Source: Azolla caroliniana (lineage: Eukaryota > Plantae > Polypodiophyta). Taken from it: DNA of 64,000 bases. A model generated the notes under the pieces. The model had not been told where the DNA came from, did not search any database, and saw nothing but the letters and a program-made list of their open reading frames with translations. The DNA lies in NCBI GenBank assembly GCA_043228905.1, contig JBHGNT010000005.1:18600001-18664000 (forward strand). The letters run 5' to 3'. This document shows, in pieces, positions 60,801-64,000 of this stretch (positions are counted from its first letter, which is position 1; the number at the start of each line of letters is the position of its first letter). Both the position numbers and the translations under genes were made by a program.

Positions 60801-63800
60801 CAGTCGTCGATGTGTTTCGCCACGAATCGCCGGCATTCGTCTGGCCCGACTGTCTCGTCCTTCTCCTCCACCGGGCACCCCTTGATCGGGATGTCGTCTA
60901 GAAACGGCATGGTGATGTCCGGGATGCAATCCCTCAGTACCTTGTTCATTGCATTCACCATGTGGGCTACCGAGTTGGTTCCTCCTTATGGCAGGGTACA
61001 CATTCGCACTAGGCCAAGGGGAGTTCGTATCGTCGTAATGTCTCTGCTCTCCACGGCTAGCTGGAACTGGTCGTACCCCGAGTACAGATCACCGGCCGAG
61101 TAAATCGACCTTCCGGCGAAGGCCTCCGCGAACTCGTCTATGGTCGGTCCGATTCCTGCGTTCCGAATGGTCACTCTGTTGACCGGCTGCAGGTCTTGAA
61201 TGAAGCGCATCGTTCCGTTTTTCTTTGGTACGGTAAACCATCGGTTCGAGTATGGGGCACTCGACGGTTCGAGAATGCCCATATCTACTTTCTGCCTCAA
61301 TAGCTCCATCAACTTCAGGATGTGAGCTCTCGGTACCGGAATCGGCTTGAGATTCCACGGCACATGCGGTACCGTGAATATCACCATCGGCTCCACGATC
61401 GTCGGGTCTGCGCACCCGATCTCGTCCGGTGAGAATGCGAAGGCTTTCCCGTGCCTTCCGAGCATTCTCCGAAACCGGTCTTCCTCCGCCGGCAGTAGGA
61501 ACCCGCCCCCACCAATCTTGAGCTCCCGGAGCGTCCCGTCGGTGAAGGTGTGTCCTATGCAGGCCGGATCTCGTAAACTGGGATCCGACGCAACCCCTCT
61601 GATTCGGGACTCGCTGCCCTCCGGTAAGGGTGCCGCGACTGGCCTTACCTTCCGGTCCACAGTCTTGTACTTCGTGCTAACTTGGGCTGTCCGATCCGAC
61701 CCGAGCCCCTGACTGAAGTTCGCGATGATTCCGTACATCTCTTCGGAACATACCGGTATCGTCCGGTCTTCATTAAGGTCTTCTCCGGCTACCTCCCCCA
61801 GCATTCCCAACGTGTCGTCGAAGGAGACCGCCTCCACGGCTCCGCTGATTTCCTCGTCCGGGCCGAGAACTCCGCACGCTCGAAGTCGCACTTCCACCCT
61901 TGTCTTTTCCCGGCCGGCGATGCCGATTATCATACACCCTCCGTTGTTGGAGAAGCAGAATTTCCTACTTATCGTACAGTCGTGGGGTCCTTTCCGAGTG
62001 TCTGGGCTGTCTCGGCCCCACGCCTTGGCAGCCCTCTCTAAAAATCCTCCCGGTTCTCGCCACCGAGGGATTCGCGGTTTCTCTCGTGGTTCGGCCGCAC
62101 CGTCAGAAATTGGACCGAATGGCGCCCGTCCTGGCTTTTGACCCTCGCGTAGGCCGACCCGTTGTCTAGCACTTTGGTCTCCATCCGCGCCGCCGTGATG
62201 TATGGTTCACCTAATATGACCGGGTGCGAGGACGTCTCCTGTACGAAGAAGTGCTGGTCAATCTCGACGTCGCCGATCTTGACTCGCACGTTCGGGCAGG
62301 CCCCATGCAGTTCCTCGGTGGCGCGCGTCGCCGCCCGTATCTTCCACCCGTGCTTGGTGTTGATCGGCCACTTCCCCTTCTTATAGAAGTCCATGGACAT
62401 CAGGTTTATTTCCGAACCGTGGTCCACCAATGCCACCACCGGTTCCTGAACATCTCCGATCTTTACCGGGGTCTCCATGGTCGCTCGGGCCCAGTGTGGC
62501 TTCGAATAGTGGCTCTCCGCCCACTCATCTGCCAGCGCCGAGTCGTCGATGTGCGTCGTCCGCACCTCTACCGGTCTTTCCGGTTCCGTCTCCGTCGACA
62601 GCCTCTTCCGTTTCACCAAGTCTACAATGGAGTCGTGGAACTCCTTCTTGGCGATCCCTAGCACCTCCCGCAATGACAGCTCCACTTTGCGGTCGAGGAT
62701 CTGTTCTTCTAGGACCTTTTGTAGGTTCGTAGTCCTTTCTATTTCCGTCCCCAATCGGTATCCGCCCTTCCTGGGGTTATCTTGCGAGCTGGACCCGCCG
62801 GCATCGTTCCGTCGTTGCCCGAATCGGGTCTCGTACCGTTGTGAGGGCCCGGCCGCTCCGGCTTTCCCCACTAGTTTGTCTTCTACCAGAGCCTCGTAGT
62901 TCCGGCAGGCGGCTTCTACGAAGCCCGTCTTCTCCTTGACCGGATCGCTCCACCCGGTTATTTCCCGGATCCGTCTCTCAGCGTGGTCTGTTTCATCTTT
63001 CCTTAGCCGTGCGCCGGCAAGACCTCCCAACATTGCCGACCAGAATCCGTCTTTGCCCTCTGTTCGGGCCTTGCTGCCCCCGACCCGAATTCCGGCCGAC
63101 GCCGAGTAGTGGATGACCTCTACGTGTCGGGCCACTGCCTCTTCCATCAGTCTCTTCATACCTCCTCGCCCGTCGTTTCGGTTCAGGGCCCTCCTGGTGT
63201 CGCCGACGTGCACCCGGCCTTCCCACAGGTACACCACCCGGTTCCTCAACGCCTCTGCGAAATCGCCGCAGTCCTTCCGAATGTGGCCGACCTCGTCACA
63301 CCACATGCAGCTGTTCCCCGCTGCCGGCCGTCGGTCACGAGCCGGTTCGCCGCCTTCCCTTCGAGTCTGGGCGATCTTGAGATCATTTATCGCCCGCGTC
63401 AACTCCTCCAGCGCTGCTCCTCCGGACGAGCCATTGACCATGCCGGTCGAAGCCGGACCGGTTTCGAGCCATTCCCGGGTTTCTTCCCTTCGTACTTGCC
63501 GTGTTGGTTCAAGCCTCCTTGCTGTGACAAACCCCGCACCGGCCGCCCCGTTGTCAGCCCATTCCCGCCGTTTATCGAAACGGCCACAAACTCTCTTAAC
63601 CGCAGCCCAGTCGGTTGTCAGCCCGTCCTCGGTTTCCAGCAAGGAGCCGACTTGGTCCCGGTCCAGCTCGTCCACCGACTTGACGAACAATAGGACCCGG
63701 CTCTTATCCAGAACAGTTCGGTCAAGCGCCGAAAGGCGCGCAAAGCGTTCTTCAAACTCCCGGAGGAGTGCCGACGCGTTTCTTCCCTTGCCGGGGGACT

Positions 63801-64000
63801 CCACCCATTCCATGAAGTCCCGTTTCGAAAGCCGGAGCACGTCGTCCAGCCTGTATTTTTCTAGGAGTCGGCCTTCAAACTCCTCCCAGGTACGGCTCTC
63901 CGCCCGCACCTCGAGCACCTCCGCATGGATGCTCGGCATCGCCACTCGAGGAAACCCGGCAAGACGCCTCTCTTCCGGAATGTCCCGCATCAGCATTTCT
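57866..64000 (-). mobile_element. Ty3/Gypsy element F (close relative of C), runs off the window
   Basis: 3' LTR 57866-58500 (TGTCGTGAAGAAAACC on the minus strand); IN 59620-58574; RT/RH with stops at 59711 and 60986; gag-PR 63996-62038; left flank GCGT. Confidence 0.93.

Noticed and set aside
1-64000. CRISPR arrays, rRNA genes or prokaryotic operons
   Set aside because: None seen; the window is intron-containing plant DNA and retrotransposons.

Overview
Eukaryotic plant genomic DNA; the retroelement lineages suggest a seedless plant such as a fern (inference). The first ~7 kb holds one intact 13-exon glycoside hydrolase family 1 (beta-glucosidase-like) gene on the minus strand, 550 aa by manual splicing. 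It keeps both catalytic Glu but has most conserved sugar-binding residues replaced. From ~11.5 kb on, the window is almost entirely retrotransposon: a decayed L1-type LINE, Copia/Gypsy fragments, then a nest up to seven levels deep, traced through LTR pairs, target-site duplications (TSDs) and interrupted reading frames. Order, outer to inner: Copia A > element G > solo LTR H2 > Gypsy B > Copia M > Gypsy E > intact young Gypsy C. A Tf1/Tcn1-like Gypsy D sits beside B, and Gypsy F sits in another Copia at the right edge. Most notable: (1) antisense tRNA-like Pol III modules (A box, B box, in two cases a T-run) inside LTRs of two different Gypsy lineages; (2) a Gypsy lineage (B, C, E, F, H) with 4-bp TSDs centred on CpG, a tRNA-Trp primer site, a DHG protease, a gag-PR/RT-RH-IN split with a GGAUUUU -1 slippery site, and a covarying pre-PPT hairpin; (3) apparent self-priming in D; (4) the remodelled GH1 active site. 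All coordinates and mismatch counts were read by eye and may be off by a few bases.
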